From positions 9,824 to 73,823 of the forward strand of contig JACRGC010000016.1 in NCBI GenBank assembly GCA_016212475.1: 64,000 nucleotides of DNA. Reading direction: 5' to 3'. The notes under the pieces are model-generated. The model made no database searches. It was not told the origin of the DNA and saw only the letters and a program-made list of their open reading frames with translations. Position numbers and translations under genes: made by a program. Numbering within the stretch: the first letter of the stretch is position 1; each line of letters begins with the position of its first letter. The DNA comes from Candidatus Micrarchaeota archaeon. Its GTDB lineage: Archaea > Micrarchaeota > Micrarchaeia > Norongarragalinales > SBBD01. Shown here piece after piece: positions 37,858 through 47,830 of this stretch.

Positions 37858-38478
37858 TCACCTTGTTTTTTTCTTCGAATCTTCCAATACTTTTGCGAAT
37901 CCAATTTTTGATATATTCCTAATTGCTTGCCTAAGGCCCCGCTCCTGTTTGACATTAACTGTATTTTTCTTTAAATTGCTGTCAAGATACCTAAGCCAGA
38001 TCTTTCCGGGTTCATATGATATTCGAATCCCCGGTGAATATGTGAGAGGTAATGCGAGTTTTCCATCCTGATTTCTTAATCCTTCAGAAAGCTTTAGTCC
38101 TAACCTTTGCAGCATCTGGGCATTTTCGAATTCTTTCTTTGTTTTTTTGTTATATTGGCTTTTCATAATCCTTGGCAGCCTTTCCTTTGGGTATTCCAAA
38201 TAATTTGCCAAGGAGTCCCGTGCACTTTTCAAATCTCCCATAGTGGCTGGAACTTTCCTGATTTTACCGTTTGCATCAGAATATCTGTTGAATTTCATGT
38301 GGAAAACGATTTCAGTTGGGCTTTTCCTCTCAACCCTTACCGGATCGATTTTTCTTGCATCCATTTCAAGTATTTTAACTGCTTTTTGGAATGCCACTAG
38401 TTTTTGGGATTCAATTTCTGCCCGCCTATCCCTTGCAATTGACATATATGGGCGACCAACTGGTTTTTCTCTTGGCAT
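37858..38478 (-). CDS. Basic hypothetical protein
   Basis: 206-aa K/R-rich ORF with GGTGA SD. Confidence 0.65.
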   Translation of the reverse strand: MPREKPVGRPYMSIARDRRAEIESQKLVAFQKAVKILEMDARKIDPVRVERKSPTEIVFHMKFNRYSDANGKIRKVPATMGDLKSARDSLANYLEYPKERLPRIMKSQYNKKTKKEFENAQMLQRLGLKLSEGLRNQDGKLALPLTYSPGIRISYEPGKIWLRYLDSNLKKNTVNVKQERGLRQAIRNISKIGFAKVLEDSKKKTR

Positions 38479-38571
38479 AAAATCACCTATCTCTTAACCT
38501 AATTTAGATTTATTAATCGCTTCCTTAGCAACTCCTAATCCCTCCTTAGCACTAAATGCTTTCCGTTTTCC

Positions 38572-38964
38572 TCAAACTTCCGTAACAATCAGTTCCCTTT
38601 TCCTCTCGCGGAATAAAATCTCATGCCGATCAAAAAAATCCTCCCTTCCAATTATGTTAAGCGGAAAGCTAAATGGCCGGACAAAAGCAACTTTGCATTG
38701 GAAGAAATCATCAAATAAACGCATTTCAAGGGAATATTCGTGCCCTTCCGAAACCGAGCTAAGCCCAGTTATTGGCTTTTTTGGCGAGCGTTCAAGTGGT
38801 ATTCCAAGTTCATTTGCAATTTCATGCCTAAGCAAAGTTACCGTTGAACCTGAATCAACCAGCGCATCAAAAGAAACCGATTTATTCAATCGTTTAACAG
38901 TTACCGGAAGCGTCGGGTATAGCTTGCCATTATGTTCCCTGTAAATGAAGGTTTGGGAAGCCAT
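38572..38964 (-). CDS. Retropepsin-like aspartyl protease (second copy)
   Basis: ALVDSGST, IIGREDFF. Confidence 0.85.
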   Translation of the reverse strand: MASQTFIYREHNGKLYPTLPVTVKRLNKSVSFDALVDSGSTVTLLRHEIANELGIPLERSPKKPITGLSSVSEGHEYSLEMRLFDDFFQCKVAFVRPFSFPLNIIGREDFFDRHEILFRERKRELIVTEV

Positions 38965-38978
38965 CGGAAATCAGCTCC

Positions 38979-39194
38979 TTAAAAAGTTAAGCTATAATTG
39001 TCAACTTTGCTTGGTATTGCAGTAAACAAAGGTTCCTTTGCATTTTTTACTGCCGGAAGCAATTTTAGTTCTTTGAGGGAATTGGCAACCCCTAATAGTT
39101 TGGATTCTCCAACAGCAATCCATTTGCCGGCATACTTATCCATTCTCTTGCTATTCTTTGCAAGCCAGTTGTGTGCAGTAATAAGATGGTTCAT
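38979..39194 (-). CDS. DUF5678-like small protein (second copy)
   Basis: AHNWL..., KYAGKWIAV..., FTAIP. Confidence 0.75.
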   Translation of the reverse strand: MNHLITAHNWLAKNSKRMDKYAGKWIAVGESKLLGVANSLKELKLLPAVKNAKEPLFTAIPSKVDNYSLTF

Positions 39195-39256
39195 ATATTC
39201 CGCCTATACTTTGTTATCCCATCCAACCTATTTAAATCATTCAGCCGAAATGACCC

Positions 39257-40516
39257 CTATGCTTTGCTTTTATTAATCGCATCTTTAGCAATCCTCATCC
39301 CAACCTTAGCTTTTTGCATATCTTCCCCTTCCGAATTGATCCTAACCTTTGGCTCCGTTGTGGATTGCCGGATCAGCAAGGTGTAATCTTCAAAAATCGC
39401 CTTGATCCCATCAATTGTTTCTATTTTTTCCGCATCTTCTTCTAGCAGTTCCTTTAGCTTTTCAAAATCAACCCGGTGCCAAATCTCCTCCTTTATTGTG
39501 ATGTTCTTGAATTGCTGTGAAAATTCCAAGAATTCGCCGTTTTCATGGGTTGAAAGTGCAGCAGAAGCGTAAATGCCATCCGAATTTGAGCTATGGTTGT
39601 AAAATGTGAAATGGCCGGATCTTTCAGCTGAAAAAATAGCGCCAACTTGCAGGGCTTTTTCAACAACATATGCATCCCCAACTTTGCTGGTAATTGCCTT
39701 AAGCCCAAGATCGGAAACTTTTTCAAAAACCTCCTGCCGGCAATCAATGCTAAGAACAATTGCATCCCCCCTTTTGAGGTGATATTCGGCAACAAATGCA
39801 GCAGTAATATCCCCTTCAATCAATTTTCCGGAATCGCAAATCTGCAATCTATCCCCATCCCCATCGAATGCAAACCCTAACTGCCTATCCTTGATGGTTA
39901 ATTTTCTCAGATCAACCAAAGTATCCTCCTTTGGCTCGGGTGAATGCAATTTGAATTCCGGATCCGGAGCATTGTAAATGGATTTTGGGAATAATTCCTT
40001 AAGCCCGCAAACAGCTCCGCCAGCCAAATCAAATATTCCCGATCCAATTTCAGGGATTGAATCCAAATAGTTATCAACATGCTCTTTTGCACTCTCTGCA
40101 TTGATGTTGTATTTTAGCGGCCTTTCTTCTTTTGGATGTTTAATTCCATCCTTCATATCCTTTTCAATTTTTTCGTATTCTTTTTTGATCCCTTGCATTT
40201 CATCCTTAGTGATGTAAGTCCCTTTCCGGAAAAATTTAGCCCCTGAATAATCCGATGGGTTATGTGAAGCAGTTAGCATCATCCCAAAGCCAACAGAAGA
40301 ATAAGCAACTAGGGGAGTTGGCACAGCTCCAAGAAAAAGCATATCCTTTTGGAAGCCATAAGAAAAAGACTTAAGCAAAGCTCCATTGTTCTTCCTAAAA
40401 TCCATCCCGGCAATTACTCCATCCTCCTTTTTGGAAACGGCTTTCCCAAGAAGGAACATTTTCTCCTCATTTATTTCGGATGGATATTTCCCGCGGATGT
40501 CGAGTTCCTTGAACAT
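39257..40516 (-). CDS. Phosphomannomutase/phosphoglucomutase
   Basis: DIRG, TASHNP, FDGDGDR, AERSGH, RQSTTEPKVR. Confidence 0.92.
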   Translation of the reverse strand: MFKELDIRGKYPSEINEEKMFLLGKAVSKKEDGVIAGMDFRKNNGALLKSFSYGFQKDMLFLGAVPTPLVAYSSVGFGMMLTASHNPSDYSGAKFFRKGTYITKDEMQGIKKEYEKIEKDMKDGIKHPKEERPLKYNINAESAKEHVDNYLDSIPEIGSGIFDLAGGAVCGLKELFPKSIYNAPDPEFKLHSPEPKEDTLVDLRKLTIKDRQLGFAFDGDGDRLQICDSGKLIEGDITAAFVAEYHLKRGDAIVLSIDCRQEVFEKVSDLGLKAITSKVGDAYVVEKALQVGAIFSAERSGHFTFYNHSSNSDGIYASAALSTHENGEFLEFSQQFKNITIKEEIWHRVDFEKLKELLEEDAEKIETIDGIKAIFEDYTLLIRQSTTEPKVRINSEGEDMQKAKVGMRIAKDAINKSKA

Positions 40517-40519
40517 AAT

Positions 40520-41305
40520 TTATCCTAATTTTTTTACCCTGCGGTTAACCCTTGCAAATATTTCCTTTCGAGCGCTTTGTGGGATGTTTCCCATGCCCAG
40601 TCTAGCTGCAAGTATATCGAATTTTTCCTTGTTGTGTCCATCTTGCAAAGCATGCAGGATTGTGTAGAAATTTTTATCATATTTCTGGATCTTAACCATT
40701 GTCCCTTCATTCATTCCCTTCATCATTTTTTCAATATGGGGGGCGGTATCCGGATTTTTTGCAGCCTCCTTTACAAGGCCGTTTAGGATCCGAGCCTCTT
40801 TTTTTGGATGATCCAAATTCGTAAATGGAAACGTCGCCAATATGTTGTACATTTTTTCCGTTCCCCTAACCGCCAAGGGTGCATGTTCGCCCCTAATAGC
40901 AGCCCCAAGTAATTTGCCAAATATCATCTGAGCTGGAATCGTGTGCCTAAGGGTTGCGCCAAGTTCGTTTTTCCTTCTTTGGGCCATTTCCTTCAGGGCT
41001 CCAATTTGCAAGTTGGAGTGTGTATTTGTTTTTGCTTTTTCTAAATCGGCCCTGGAGGGCTTGCCTGAAAGTGAATCCAGATGCCCATTTAAGACTCTAT
41101 TTTCCAACTGATCCAAATAGGATATAATATGATTGAGCGCAATTCTTCTATTTTCCACAGTAGTTGCATTCCGATGCAAATTCGCCAATTTTCCAGCTAA
41201 ATTCGAATGTTCCAATCCCCTAGCTTTCCAAAGCCCCTCCCCAATTTCATTGATTGTTTTTCTTTCAAGGATGCTTGCTTTTGATGCTTCTGAAAGTTTT
41301 GCCAT
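40520..41305 (-). CDS. Basic helical hypothetical protein
   Basis: 261-aa ORF with no recognised motif. Confidence 0.65.
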   Translation of the reverse strand: MAKLSEASKASILERKTINEIGEGLWKARGLEHSNLAGKLANLHRNATTVENRRIALNHIISYLDQLENRVLNGHLDSLSGKPSRADLEKAKTNTHSNLQIGALKEMAQRRKNELGATLRHTIPAQMIFGKLLGAAIRGEHAPLAVRGTEKMYNILATFPFTNLDHPKKEARILNGLVKEAAKNPDTAPHIEKMMKGMNEGTMVKIQKYDKNFYTILHALQDGHNKEKFDILAARLGMGNIPQSARKEIFARVNRRVKKLG

Positions 41306-41363
41306 AATCAGTTTATCCCATTAACTGTTTAAAAAACCGTCCGCTTGGCCGAACAAATTCATG

Positions 41364-44300
41364 TTAAGCGTATTCTGCAAGGCTGAATTGCTTCACCTTC
41401 TGATCCTCGAAAATGCTCTGGATCTCGCGCTCAATTAGCATCAGCCTCTGCTTTAGATAGTTTGGAAGCTCGTATTTGTCGACCAGCGATTTGGAAAGTT
41501 CCAAATATTTGATGATCCCTCCCTTATTCACCGTCAGGAGCAGTTTGCCTCCGCATCTTGAGCATTTCCCAACCAATGGCACCCTCCTGAATTTAGCGGT
41601 GCAATCAACGCACCTGAACTTTTGCTTTGAAAACCTTCTCAAGTTGCCATAAAGATCCGGGAAGAAGTGTGAAAGAATGATTCGCTCGCAGGCATTTCGC
41701 ACATCAACTGCATTGATTCTTCCCATCAATTCAAGCTCCTCATCCACCTTCTCCTTCATGTTTGTCAGCTGAACGTACCTAGTTTCCGTTGGTCCTTCCA
41801 ATTTGGCAAAATGCGTATAGTTGATGTTCTCATATTGGGCGTTCGTTTCAAGCCTATCCCCTATTTTTTCAATTTTAACCTCGGATGGTGCGACCATTCG
41901 TTGCGTTGCCTCATAAAATTCAAGCGGATAGCTAGGAACACAATCCATCGCATGCGCCTCATCATCAATTTCATTCGGGTCCAAAATTGTTGTCAAAACC
42001 AAAAGCGCATCCATCTGCCCGCCCCGAGTCTGCGGCAAATAGAATTTGGAAAAGTTGATCAGCGCGTCCATGAGCAGAATATATGAAAGCTCATCCCCAT
42101 CGCAATTCCTTCTAGCTGCGCAGTGCAAGAACGGATGCGCAATAACTCCTCGGATATCCGAAAACCCAATAATCCTGCACAAAATCCCAGCTGAAGTGTG
42201 CGGAGCAATTCCAATTGCAAGTTTTCCAATCATATCCTTTCTGGTTTCCGCCTTGTAATACGCTTTCATCCCGTACTGGTAAACCAAAAGATCATCCATG
42301 AATTTTGAAATCCTGACAAAATAATCCCCAGCGTACTCCGAAAGTATGATGTCTTGCGCTTTCATCTCAACTACCTGATCTAGGGAAACAATCGCCTTTC
42401 CATCAACATCAATTTCATACCCAAGCTCCCTGACCTGTTCGAGGGCGATTCCAATTTCAGATGGGATGAAATGCGTTGTTGGAATTTCCGTTGCATCAAA
42501 CCTGCAAGTCCCATCTCGAAACACTGAAAGCCCATGCTTTGCGCGAAGCAATCCCTTCTCAATTGATTCGGGAGTTCTAGTTGCCGAAATCAATCCCTGA
42601 ACGCCCTTGATTTCCTCGCCCCTATATTCGGTCTTCAAAACCGCTTTTTCAAATTCTTCTGAAAAATTAATCACAGCCTTTTCATATTTTTGCATGGTCG
42701 AGTGGCATTTATAGCACATATTCTCATCCGCTCCTCCAACCCTTCCGCATTTTTCATTCATGCAACGCGACCTTCTTTCGGCTATTTCATTGCACGTCCT
42801 GCAAATCCTCCCAAACACTTTTTTTCCGCAAATTGGGCAGATGGAAATTTCAGTTTCAATTTCAATCATCCCATTCCCCTTTTCCTTAAGCATCTTGTTT
42901 GCCTTCATAAGGCCCCTAAGCTTTCCTCCCCACTCCCCAATTGGAAAAAGGGACTGGACAGGCGGCTTCATTTTCCTCTCCTTTGCTTTTTCGGGCCTTC
43001 CAAGGCTTGCCCCGATGTAAATCCCAACCTTCTTTTGAATTTTGATTCCGGATAGCAAATTGACAAGCTCCATTGCATCCATCCCTTCCTTGTAAATTTC
43101 ATTGAACCGGTTCATGGATAAATTATCCTGGTAAATCCCAAGCGTTTTCAGAAGGGCTAGCGCGTTGTTTTTTTCAATAATGATGGTATTATTTTCAAAT
43201 TTGTGCGGAATGCAAAGCTTTTCCAAAAGATCCTTCCTATTTGGCTTCCCATCCAAAATTCCAAGCCTAAATCCCTTGAAATCAAACCATTCCTTTTGCA
43301 CTTTTCCTTCAGTTAAAAACTGTGCAAGATTCTTCATTTCCTCAGAAGTCAAATCATGCCAATGGAACGTGTATTTTGGGGCAAGCGCAATCTGGTGTTT
43401 TTTTGCAAGTGAAAACGCCTCATCATAGCTCATTGCTTTTAGCTGTGCATCAGTTTTTTTATCCCCCTTCGATTCAAGCTCGGCTCCATACCACTCATCG
43501 CACCAAGCCGATAGGACAAGAGGATGGTTGCTTTTCAAAAAATCGCCATAGTTTACCAAAAGATCGCCCAAAAACAATATTTTGTCAACTTGCGAGTGCA
43601 TTTCAATTGCTTCCTTTTCAGTTTCTAGCTGCCTGACCTCCCCTGATTTCAATTTCACAATCGGCCCATCAATTGAACTGCAAGGAGTTACTATGCATCC
43701 CTTCCCGGGCCGCTCGATTTTCATCTGCGTCCCAAATGCCAAAAAACTGTTCAATAGCCGCATGGTTGCCGGATGCACCGCCTTGCTTGCAATCCCTGTA
43801 AATCTGGTCCTGCCATAGCGCATCCTAAAGCCCCCAGCCTGCATTGGGTATGCAAAAATCGGCCTTCCTGCAACGATTTCATCAATGTATTTTGTCATGG
43901 GCTTCATTTCCATGGTGGTTGCTGCTTTCTTTGCAACCTTGATGAGCGCTTCAAGCCATTCCCATTGAAGATGGAATTTTTTTGAAAGCTTCAAAACTTT
44001 TGCAGCTTTTAGGCAAATCCCTTCGGAGACAACAAGGCACATTCCCCCCCTTACGCGATTGCTTTCGACATTATATGTGTCCTTGTTCACGTTTACCTCA
44101 TAATCCTCGGTTGGCTCTCCGGCTATGCAAACCGCGCAATTGGAAATGATGTGGCGGATTTCATCAGAGGTTGGCACGTACTGCCCCGCCCGCGTTTTAA
44201 TCGCATAAAGGTTGCTCTCTTCAATGTACCTTTCAATTTCAGTTTCCGATGGGCGGTAATTTGGGATTTTCAAAACCTGCCTTGCATAGTCGGCAAGCAA

Positions 44301-44792
44301 AACCGTAAATGCCTGTCCTGTCCCTCCGGCTCCCCTGATTGGTCCTGCAAAATAAACAGCTGCAAAATCCGTCCCGTCCTGGTTTTTCTTAAGTTTTACC
44401 TGCGAAATCCCTTCGATTGGCGCGCTCACAACCCCTTCAGTAAATATTGCAAGCCCTGTCCTAACCGCTTGCTCTAGGAGTTTTTCCTTCCGCTCGATTT
44501 CGGATGTGTATTTTGGATGGTACGCGCTCTCCTCGCAAATTTCGCGAACTATTTGGAAAATGATCTCCTCCCTGGTTTTTCCCTCGTTTATCTGCTCAAT
44601 CCTAGCCGCAATCCCAACCGGACCAACAAGTCCTTCAACCCTTGAGAAAATATCCTTTGCAGGCCGTGTTTCGATATGATCCGCGGGGTCGAGATGCTTT
44701 TCCCTAGCTTTGCTGGCTATATTCCAGCTCTCTGAAAATTTGAGCTCCAGCTCGGAAAAATATTCCTGCATTTTTTCGCTTGCTTGTGGCAT
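41364..44792 (-). CDS. polC: DNA polymerase D large subunit DP2 (no intein)
   Basis: AGPIRGAGGT, GGFRMRYGR, RRNCDGDE, C-terminal CxxC Zn finger; start set at MPQASEK just after the DP1 stop. Confidence 0.96.
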   Translation of the reverse strand: MPQASEKMQEYFSELELKFSESWNIASKAREKHLDPADHIETRPAKDIFSRVEGLVGPVGIAARIEQINEGKTREEIIFQIVREICEESAYHPKYTSEIERKEKLLEQAVRTGLAIFTEGVVSAPIEGISQVKLKKNQDGTDFAAVYFAGPIRGAGGTGQAFTVLLADYARQVLKIPNYRPSETEIERYIEESNLYAIKTRAGQYVPTSDEIRHIISNCAVCIAGEPTEDYEVNVNKDTYNVESNRVRGGMCLVVSEGICLKAAKVLKLSKKFHLQWEWLEALIKVAKKAATTMEMKPMTKYIDEIVAGRPIFAYPMQAGGFRMRYGRTRFTGIASKAVHPATMRLLNSFLAFGTQMKIERPGKGCIVTPCSSIDGPIVKLKSGEVRQLETEKEAIEMHSQVDKILFLGDLLVNYGDFLKSNHPLVLSAWCDEWYGAELESKGDKKTDAQLKAMSYDEAFSLAKKHQIALAPKYTFHWHDLTSEEMKNLAQFLTEGKVQKEWFDFKGFRLGILDGKPNRKDLLEKLCIPHKFENNTIIIEKNNALALLKTLGIYQDNLSMNRFNEIYKEGMDAMELVNLLSGIKIQKKVGIYIGASLGRPEKAKERKMKPPVQSLFPIGEWGGKLRGLMKANKMLKEKGNGMIEIETEISICPICGKKVFGRICRTCNEIAERRSRCMNEKCGRVGGADENMCYKCHSTMQKYEKAVINFSEEFEKAVLKTEYRGEEIKGVQGLISATRTPESIEKGLLRAKHGLSVFRDGTCRFDATEIPTTHFIPSEIGIALEQVRELGYEIDVDGKAIVSLDQVVEMKAQDIILSEYAGDYFVRISKFMDDLLVYQYGMKAYYKAETRKDMIGKLAIGIAPHTSAGILCRIIGFSDIRGVIAHPFLHCAARRNCDGDELSYILLMDALINFSKFYLPQTRGGQMDALLVLTTILDPNEIDDEAHAMDCVPSYPLEFYEATQRMVAPSEVKIEKIGDRLETNAQYENINYTHFAKLEGPTETRYVQLTNMKEKVDEELELMGRINAVDVRNACERIILSHFFPDLYGNLRRFSKQKFRCVDCTAKFRRVPLVGKCSRCGGKLLLTVNKGGIIKYLELSKSLVDKYELPNYLKQRLMLIEREIQSIFEDQKVKQFSLAEYA

Positions 44793-44797
44793 AATTT

Positions 44798-46294
44798 TTA
44801 TCCATCCCTGAAGTTCAAATGATTCAATTTTCCGGTTTTCAAATTGTAATATGGGAAAATGCAAGGCGTTGGCATGTGCCCAAGCCTTACCTGGTAATCC
44901 GTCCTATCCTGCCAAGTTCCCGAGTTTACAATCATGGTTCCGTTGTAATTTTCAATGTAGCCGTTCTTGTGAACGTGCCCGAAATGGAACATATCCGGGG
45001 TTTCTTCAATTACCATGTAATCGTTTGATTCGGGGACCAGCGGATCCTCCCCATAAAGCGGAGATAAGTGCCTCCTTTGCAAAAGCCCAACCGCGACTTT
45101 TTCAGGATGGTCGTAACCGTCCTTGTACATTTGCGTGTGGGAAATTATCCCATCAAGCGAAGTTCCGTGATACATCAAAAGCTCAAGCCCGTGGACCTTA
45201 TGCGCAGAAGGATTGCCAACAAAATGCAAATTCTTGTAATCCTTAACGCTTTCCCAAAACTCCTGCGGAAGCGCCGGCTGCGGCTCAGCAACCCTAACCG
45301 CGTCATGATTTCCTGGCGCAATAATGCATTCAATGTGCTCGGGGATATTTTTCAAGAACTCGCAAAAAATCTCATACTGCGTGTGGATGCTTTTCGTTAC
45401 CAGCTGCTTTTCCTGCGATGGGTAGACCCCAATCCCATCCACCAAATCGCCGGCAATGCTGATGTATTTGATTTTCCCTGCAATTTCTTGCTGCTCGGCA
45501 GTCCCCTTTCCATTAATGAACTCTAGGAATTTTTGGAATTGCCCTTGGAGGAAATATTTTGATCCGATATGCAAATCCGACAAGAAGCCGATGTAAACTT
45601 CCTCATCTGCAAGCCTTTTTGTCCTCTCCTGAAGCAATCTTCCGGGCCTAAGGAAATTCTTTCCAATCAATAGCGATGATTCGGCGTGGTAGACATCGAA
45701 TGCGACAACCTCATCATTTAGGATTTGCGAAGCATCGTAGAAAAGTTTCGAATCCTTTGGAATTAGCAGGTTGGCTGTAGTTTCATCATCCTCGATTTCA
45801 AAAAGCAGATGCCCGTTTTTTGTGACCCTCTTGTCATACACCATCGCAATAACGCGGCTCTCCTTGTTTTTGAGGAGGTTTTTCACATCCCTAATGGAAG
45901 AGAGCCCAACATTGCTTGCCATCCCGCGCAAATTCCTCCGATGCTTGTCAAATCTTGAGTTGAAATACCTAACAAAATCCTCAACGCTTCCGGTGCACCT
46001 TGAATTGCCGGTTATGTCATTTCGAATTGATAGCTCAAGCCTTGGTTTTATGCTTTTTGCAATCGGATCGTAAGAGGTTTGAGCAATCACTTCCACTTGC
46101 GTGACGTTTTGCGAAACCCGATTGCTTTCAATGATATCGACAATTTGCTCTTTTGTTGCAACAAGGACATTGCGCCTTGAGAGTTCATCAATTATTTCAT
46201 TTGGGGAATCCAATTGCAAAAGTTCCATTAGCCCTTCGGGTGAAACCATCAGTTCCTTTTCCTTCAAAATTTTCAGGAGCTTTGATTTTTCCAT
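44798..46294 (-). CDS. polB: DNA polymerase D small (proofreading) subunit DP1
   Basis: SDLHIGS, AGDLVDGIGVYP, PGNHD, YHG, GHVH, NSGTWQ. Confidence 0.96.
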   Translation of the reverse strand: MEKSKLLKILKEKELMVSPEGLMELLQLDSPNEIIDELSRRNVLVATKEQIVDIIESNRVSQNVTQVEVIAQTSYDPIAKSIKPRLELSIRNDITGNSRCTGSVEDFVRYFNSRFDKHRRNLRGMASNVGLSSIRDVKNLLKNKESRVIAMVYDKRVTKNGHLLFEIEDDETTANLLIPKDSKLFYDASQILNDEVVAFDVYHAESSLLIGKNFLRPGRLLQERTKRLADEEVYIGFLSDLHIGSKYFLQGQFQKFLEFINGKGTAEQQEIAGKIKYISIAGDLVDGIGVYPSQEKQLVTKSIHTQYEIFCEFLKNIPEHIECIIAPGNHDAVRVAEPQPALPQEFWESVKDYKNLHFVGNPSAHKVHGLELLMYHGTSLDGIISHTQMYKDGYDHPEKVAVGLLQRRHLSPLYGEDPLVPESNDYMVIEETPDMFHFGHVHKNGYIENYNGTMIVNSGTWQDRTDYQVRLGHMPTPCIFPYYNLKTGKLNHLNFRDG

Positions 46295-46477
46295 ATATTC
46301 TTACACCAAAATAAACGCAAAAAGAGCACTAGAGTTGAACGATTTTTCCCTCCCCCACTATTTATGGTTTCCCAAGTAATTTACAGTTTAGGTGTTTAAT
46401 TTGGCAAGTTTATTAAAACTAGCTAGCAGCAAAGCATTATATTAAGGGTTTTTCGCATCAAATTTGCGATAGTTTAT

Positions 46478-47500
46478 ATGCTAATACTTGGATTCGAAAG
46501 CACCGCCCATACCTTTGGCGCAGCAGTTGCCCTAAGCAATGCAAAAAAGGGCGAGGAGCTTTCCCCTAAAAATACGAAAATAATTGCAGAAAACGACAAA
46601 AAATACCCCTCCCTAAAGGAAGGCTTCATCCCAAGGAAACTAGCGGATTTCCATGCCAAAAATTTCGATGAAATACTTGGAAATACCCTAAAAACCGCAG
46701 GAGCTGCAATTTCAGATCTTGATGCGGTTTGCTACTCCTACGGCCCTGGAATTGGGCATTCGCTCCATGTTGGCTATGTTGCTGCAAAATCCATTTCGGT
46801 TTCAAGGAATATTCCGCTAATTCCGGTCAACCACGCCCTTTCACACATTGAAATTGCAAGGTTCCACTCCGGCTACAAAGATCCCCTTGCAATTTATGTT
46901 TCAGGAGGCAACACCCAGCTTTTGATTTTGGAAAAGTTCGGATCGCATGCCAAATATCGAGTGCTTGGGGAGACACTCGACATTGGTGTTGGCAATTTTT
47001 TGGACCATGTCGGAAGGCACTTCATGCTAACCCCTCCAGACGCTGTTGGCGTACTAAAGGAAGCCCAAAAAGGGACCCAACTGGTCGATATGCCCTATTC
47101 AATCAAAGGAATGAACACCTCCTATACCGGGCTGCTTACAACCGCAACAAAAATGGACCCAAAAAAAATCCCAATTGAAAATATCTGCCTCTCATCGCAG
47201 GAATATGCCTTTTCAATGCTGCTTGAAGCTTCCGAGCGCGCGCTTGCACTTACCGGCAAAAAACAAATTGTTGGGGTTGGCGGAAATTACAGGAATAAAC
47301 GGCTGCAGGAAATGACCCTTGAACTTGCAAAAGAGCAAAATGCGGTTTGCCATTTCCCCTCATTTGAGCTCCTTGGCGATAATGCCGGAATGATCACAAT
47401 AACCGGAGCTTTGCAGTTCCATTCGAATTGCTTTGATGAAACGCTTCTTCCAAATCAAAAAGCAAGGGCGGATGCGGAAAAGGTTGGCTGGTGGCTTTGA
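46478..47500 (+). CDS. kae1: tRNA t6A synthase Kae1/TsaD (not fused to Bud32)
   Basis: GFESTAH, GPG, VNHALSHIE, VSGGNTQ, GETLDIGVGN, DNAGMI. Confidence 0.94.
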   Translation: MLILGFESTAHTFGAAVALSNAKKGEELSPKNTKIIAENDKKYPSLKEGFIPRKLADFHAKNFDEILGNTLKTAGAAISDLDAVCYSYGPGIGHSLHVGYVAAKSISVSRNIPLIPVNHALSHIEIARFHSGYKDPLAIYVSGGNTQLLILEKFGSHAKYRVLGETLDIGVGNFLDHVGRHFMLTPPDAVGVLKEAQKGTQLVDMPYSIKGMNTSYTGLLTTATKMDPKKIPIENICLSSQEYAFSMLLEASERALALTGKKQIVGVGGNYRNKRLQEMTLELAKEQNAVCHFPSFELLGDNAGMITITGALQFHSNCFDETLLPNQKARADAEKVGWWL

Positions 47501-47513
47501 TTCATGCAAAAAA

Positions 47514-47699
47514 TTAATAAAATTCCAAACCACCCGAAAGCACCCCTCGAATCGAATTAAAGCCTATTTTCCAATTTTTCTTAGTGTTGATAAAACCGGA
47601 GGTATTCCTCCAACTCCTAAAAAATAAAAGCAGAAAATTACGGTTTACTTCATAAGGGTGGTTCGGGGCAATCCGAAGAATATCTGTAAATTTCTTCAT
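47514..47699 (-). CDS. Short AT-rich ORF or remnant divergent from the AAA gene
   Basis: Shares the identical start context TTATAACTATG with the divergent gene; product unrecognised. Confidence 0.25.
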   Translation of the reverse strand: MKKFTDILRIAPNHPYEVNRNFLLLFFRSWRNTSGFINTKKNWKIGFNSIRGVLSGGLEFY

Positions 47700-47830
47700 A
47701 GTTATAAGTAATCTTATAACAAAATATAACTATGTTGCTGGATATAGTTATACTTAATTACATAACTATAATGAAATGCATAATTTTAAATAGTTATAGG
47801 TATTTTCATATATGAGGGGTTATAACTATG
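47697..47830. promoter_or_regulatory. AT-rich array of six ATAACTAT/ATAGTTAT sites (operator-like)
   Basis: Copies at 47698(-), 47726(+), 47744(-), 47762(+), 47790(-), 47822(+), plus palindrome GTTATAAG-TAAT-CTTATAAC at 47701-47720. Confidence 0.65.

Noticed and set aside
41364..44864. Intein in DP2 and the extended MHFPILQ start
   Set aside because: The protein is normal length with continuous motifs (RRNCDGDE uninterrupted); the extension overlaps DP1, so the ATG at 44792 is preferred.
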